Shown here: positions 46,043 to 49,482 of the stretch, piece after piece
How positions within the stretch are numbered: the first letter of the stretch is position 1
Layout of the letters: each line of letters opens with the position of its first letter
Origin: an uncultured Planctomycetaceae bacterium
Lineage (GTDB): Bacteria; Planctomycetota; Phycisphaerae; UBA1845; UTPLA1
Length of the DNA stretch: 49,482 nucleotides
NCBI GenBank assembly: GCA_964611695.1
Contig: CAZTAR010000001.1
Location: 1-49,482, forward strand
Direction: 5' to 3'
Program-made: the position numbers and the translations under genes
The notes under the pieces: model-generated
Databases searched by the model: none
The model's input: only the letters and a program-made list of their open reading frames with translations
What the model was told of the DNA's origin: nothing

Positions 46043-47416
46043 ATGGCTGCTGAAAAAATCACGCTGGTAGGTGAGGGGAAGCTCAATGTTCCGGACAATC
46101 CTATCCTCCCCTTCATCGAGGGCGACGGAACTGGGCCGGATATCTGGCGTGCCTCCGTGCGGGTGTTTGACGCTGCGGTGGAGAAGGCCTACGGCGGCAA
46201 GCGCAAGATTCAGTGGATGGAAGTCCTCGCCGGCGAGAAGGCCTTTCGGGCGACGGGCAACTGGCTACCGGACGAAACCGTCGCGGCGTTTAAGGACCAT
46301 CTCGTCGGGATCAAGGGACCGCTCACCACGCCGGTCGGTGGGGGGATTCGATCGTTGAACGTCGCACTCCGCCAGATCCTCGACCTGTACGTCTGTCTGC
46401 GCCCGGTGCGATATTTCCAGGGTGTGCCCAGTCCGGTGAAGCATCCCGAAAAGGTCGACATGGTCATCTTCCGCGAGAACACCGAGGACATCTACGCCGG
46501 CGTCGAGTGGGCGGCTGGCACGCCGGAACTCAAGAAGGTCCTGGCATTCCTCCAGAACGAAATGGGCGTCGCCAAGATTCGCTTCCCCAACACTTGCGGC
46601 ATCGGCATCAAGCCGATCTCGCGGGAGGGCACTGAGCGACTCGTCGCGGCGGCGATCGAGTATGCCCTGCGCAACGGTCGTAAGAGCGTCACGCTGGTGC
46701 ACAAGGGCAACATCATGAAGTTCACGGAAGGGGCCTTCCGCGATTGGGGCTACGAGATTGCCCGGACGAAGTATCGCGGCAAGTGTGTCACACAAAGGGA
46801 GTCGTGGATCCTCGGCAACAAGGAGGCGAATCCCGACATCAGGGACGAAGACAACGCCAGGCAGGTCGAGCCTGGCTACGACATGCTCATCGACGAGAAG
46901 AAGGCCGTCGTCGTCAAGGAAGTGCGCGACACCCTGGCCGCCATCTGGCCCACGCACGGCGACGGCAAATGGAAGAAGATGTTGATGATCAAGGACGCCA
47001 TCGCGGACATCACACTTCAGCAAGTGCTCACCAGGGCGGAAGAGTTCGACGTCGTCGCGACGATGAACCTCAACGGCGACTACCTGTCGGACGCCCTCGC
47101 CGCCCAGGTCGGCGGCATTGGCATCGCCCCCGGCGGCAACATCAACTACATGAGCGGCCACGCCATCTTCGAAGCCACCCACGGCACCGCCCCGAAGTAT
47201 GCCAACAAGGATCAGGTCAACCCCGGCTCAGTCATCCTCTCCGGCGAAATGATGTTCCGCCACCTGGGCTGGAATGAAGCCGCCGACCGGATCATCCAAG
47301 GCATGGACGGCGCAATCGCCGCCAAGACCGTGACGTACGACTTCCACCGGCAGATGGAGGGGGCGACAAAACTGAAATGCAGCGGATTCGGCGATGCGAT
47401 CATTGAGCATATGTAG
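46043..47416 (+). CDS. icd: NADP-dependent isocitrate dehydrogenase
   Basis: [82 protein letters not shown] at 46043 with GGAGGA upstream. Confidence 0.9.
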   Translation: MAAEKITLVGEGKLNVPDNPILPFIEGDGTGPDIWRASVRVFDAAVEKAYGGKRKIQWMEVLAGEKAFRATGNWLPDETVAAFKDHLVGIKGPLTTPVGGGIRSLNVALRQILDLYVCLRPVRYFQGVPSPVKHPEKVDMVIFRENTEDIYAGVEWAAGTPELKKVLAFLQNEMGVAKIRFPNTCGIGIKPISREGTERLVAAAIEYALRNGRKSVTLVHKGNIMKFTEGAFRDWGYEIARTKYRGKCVTQRESWILGNKEANPDIRDEDNARQVEPGYDMLIDEKKAVVVKEVRDTLAAIWPTHGDGKWKKMLMIKDAIADITLQQVLTRAEEFDVVATMNLNGDYLSDALAAQVGGIGIAPGGNINYMSGHAIFEATHGTAPKYANKDQVNPGSVILSGEMMFRHLGWNEAADRIIQGMDGAIAAKTVTYDFHRQMEGATKLKCSGFGDAIIEHM

Positions 47417-47501
47417 GATTCTTTTCTGCGCCACAGCAACGTACAATGCTCGATGTTGTCAACGAAGGTGGTGGCATAAACTGGTAATCTGGTGAGTGAC
47501 A

Positions 47502-48800
47502 ATGTCTAAAGGCCGAGAACGCTACCTTGACTATGTGGCTCGTTGTGACCAAGCCTTTCGTCCGTTCGCCCCCATCGAACTGCCGGACTTCTTCAAGGGC
47601 CGAGAGAAGAATGTCGAGTTGCTCTGCAGTGAGCTGAAGACCGCGGGACGCCAAGTCGCGATCTATGGTGAACGCGGCGTTGGCAAGACGTCGCTGGCGG
47701 TGCTCGCGTACTTCTTTGCGGGCTTCAATGACGAAGCTGCGCATTTCGTGCGGTGTGACCGTGACAGCACCTACGACACGATTGTCGAAGAGCTCCTCCT
47801 GCAAGCCAATATCCAGTATCTTCCCAACGGCATTGAAACAGAGACGGCGCACACAGGCGGGATTGACGTCGGGCCGGGTTCGTTGTCAAGGCACAAGACA
47901 ACGCGGTTGAGACAGAGATCAGTAGGCTCGGGGCGTTCGATTGGCCCCGCGTTACTGCTGCGGCACTTTGCGGAACTGGAAGGGTTGTTGATTATCGACG
48001 AATACGACCGCGTCCGCGATGAAGCCACACATTCCCGGCTTGCAGAGACGCTGAAGCACTTCTCAGATGCGGCCAGCAAGACGAAAATCCTGGTTGTTGG
48101 CGTGGCTGAGACGCTTTCGGGACTGATTGGCGAGCACGAATCGCTGATCCGCTGCCTGGCACAGATTAAGCTGGATCGAATGAGTGAAGACGAGCTTGCC
48201 GAAATTGTGGCCACGGGAGAGGATCGCGTTGGCATCGTGTTTCAAGAAGTTGTACGCCGGAAAATAATCGCTCTGTCCGATGGCTTCCCATTCTACACAC
48301 ACCTTCTCTGCAAGTACTGTGCGGAGGATGCCGGGAAACTCCTGCGAGAGAATCCCAGCGCGAAGGTCGTGGTGTCGGAACCTGAATACCAACGGGCTCT
48401 GCAAAGGGCAATCCAAACGGGAGAAGGGACCCTGCGAGACGACTACCAGACCGCCGTGATTACGGTCAAGCGAAAGACCGACATGTTCAGGAACGTGCTG
48501 TGGGCCGTAGCCTATTCGGGGTCGGAAGAAGTCCAGGTACGGCAGATCGCAGACAACATAGGCTTGCTTACCGGTGAGCGGCCCAAGGTGGCTGGCCTGA
48601 ACGCCTACCTCGGCCCCCTGACAAAGCCCAAGAAGAAGAATATCCTTGTGCGAGTCAGACAGGGATACTACAGGTTCGGAAACCCTCTCATGCGCGCCTA
48701 TATCCGCCTAATCCTCGAAAAACACAACATCGTTGAGGCCAGCGGACAAATGCAGTTTCCTTGGATGCGACAACTCGGCCCAGACCGCGATGCACAATAG
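47502..48800 (+). CDS. Orc1/Cdc6-like AAA+ ATPase with a C-terminal winged helix (orphan)
   Basis: Walker A is IYGERGVGKTSLA and Walker B is LLIIDEYDRV. ILVVGVAE is a sensor-1-like strand. C-terminal wH-like stretch is VRQIADNIGLLTGE...ILVRVRQGYYRFGNPLMRAYI. Confidence 0.8.
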   Translation: MSKGRERYLDYVARCDQAFRPFAPIELPDFFKGREKNVELLCSELKTAGRQVAIYGERGVGKTSLAVLAYFFAGFNDEAAHFVRCDRDSTYDTIVEELLLQANIQYLPNGIETETAHTGGIDVGPGSLSRHKTTRLRQRSVGSGRSIGPALLLRHFAELEGLLIIDEYDRVRDEATHSRLAETLKHFSDAASKTKILVVGVAETLSGLIGEHESLIRCLAQIKLDRMSEDELAEIVATGEDRVGIVFQEVVRRKIIALSDGFPFYTHLLCKYCAEDAGKLLRENPSAKVVVSEPEYQRALQRAIQTGEGTLRDDYQTAVITVKRKTDMFRNVLWAVAYSGSEEVQVRQIADNIGLLTGERPKVAGLNAYLGPLTKPKKKNILVRVRQGYYRFGNPLMRAYIRLILEKHNIVEASGQMQFPWMRQLGPDRDAQ

Positions 48801-49299
48801 TCCCAAACTATACCCGATCGCTCGAGTCTTTTGGGACTGAAAGGGTGTTCGGTATTGGTGAGCAGTCTGTCGCCAGAGGGGCGGTCGCGGTCTGAACACG
48901 CTCTGTGCGGCGACGGAATAAACCGGCAAGAAGACCGCGCCACGAAGGAGACACAGGCCATTATGGGCCGTTGTTTGAATTGGGCGGCCTGTTTTGATAG
49001 ACTAGCGGGTGGAAGTCCGATGATAGGAGACAGGGAGGAGAGGGGGATGGAGGGGAGAACACACCCTTTCAGGCCTGACCTTGTCTTGTCGAGATGAGTC
49101 AGTGAGCGGTAGCGGATGCTACTGTGCCCTCCGACCCTCAGCTTCCCGTGGAGTCACAGGTGATTCTCGGGTCGATTCGAGGTGGCATGGATTCCAGCAT
49201 AACCGCAGGTGGTGAGATTCTACCCAGTTGCACCGTCGGAGACGGTGAAACAGGCGGGCTAGAGTTCTGATCTTTATGGAGTCCATAGCAGGAGAAGCG

Positions 49300-49482
49300 A
49301 TGATGAAATGGCATTGTTTAGTGATCGGTTTAATCGCGGTGGGGGCGCTGGCCACAGGGGCCGTGGGAGACGAGGACGGTGCGACGCAGGACGGCACGAT
49401 GTTGTCGACAAGTGCGACGCAACAAGCCGCCCTCACTCAATTCAAGGCGTCGGTGCCGGGTGTTGGGGTTTACAGTGATGCG
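49300..49482 (+). CDS. N-terminus of a secreted protein (runs off right edge)
   Basis: AGGAGA lies 4-5 nt upstream. MMKWHCLVIGLIAVGALATGAVGDEDG is signal-peptide-like. The frame stays open to the end of the window. Confidence 0.4.
   Translation, partial: MMKWHCLVIGLIAVGALATGAVGDEDGATQDGTMLSTSATQQAALTQFKASVPGVGVYSDA

Noticed and set aside
46265-47182. 305-aa minus-strand ORF antisense to icd
   Set aside because: The plus strand encodes a canonical isocitrate dehydrogenase. The antisense frame is compositional noise.

Overview
High-GC bacterial window. PEP-CTERM tails, DCNGNGIPDECD-type repeat proteins, membrane Zn-ribbon proteins and GC-rich hairpin repeats suggest Planctomycetota (Phycisphaerae-like), but this is inference from sequence style only. 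No database search was possible, so all family calls rest on motifs I recognise by eye.

Layout:
(1) 1..21263 is an accessory block that ends in an excisionase-like gene, a tyrosine integrase and tRNA-Pro(UGG). It holds two divergent NTPase-centred operons.
- Minus strand: a STAND/NACHT-like NTPase that stops right after its winged helix, translationally coupled (ATGA) to a 2204-aa all-helical giant protein, followed by a small protein that runs off the left edge.
- Plus strand: Cys-rich Zn-ribbon protein, HerA/FtsK/T4CP-like ATPase with a wHTH/nuclease-like tail, two small TM proteins, GrpE-like protein, lid-less Hsp70, vWA(MIDAS) protein, YggT-like membrane protein, a paralog of the same small protein, and an intrinsic terminator.
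- A radical-SAM gene bracketed by 74-nt direct repeats lies between this operon and xis/int.
(2) 21.4-27.6 kb is ordinary: RlmI-like methyltransferase, membrane Zn-ribbon protein, lipoprotein-type HDAC-family deacetylase, HEAT-repeat protein, DUF89 phosphatase.
(3) 27.6-35.8 kb has about 0.5-kb direct repeats (a truncated and an intact cohesin-like PEP-CTERM gene) flanking a hypothetical gene and a 1739-aa secreted Cys/Asp-repeat protein that ends in a dockerin-like module.
(4) 35.8-49.5 kb is core metabolism: archaeal-type gatD/gatE, glnA, tRNA-Met(CAU), an LbH acyltransferase, a 2-hydroxyacid dehydrogenase, a PEP-CTERM beta-propeller-like protein, icd, then an orphan Orc/Cdc6-like AAA+ ATPase.

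Two families of palindromic intergenic repeats recur. No CRISPR array or rRNA was seen.

Best candidates for an undescribed system: the GrpE-like/lid-less Hsp70/vWA/YggT-like cassette with its upstream HerA-like ATPase, and the split STAND NTPase plus giant helical partner.
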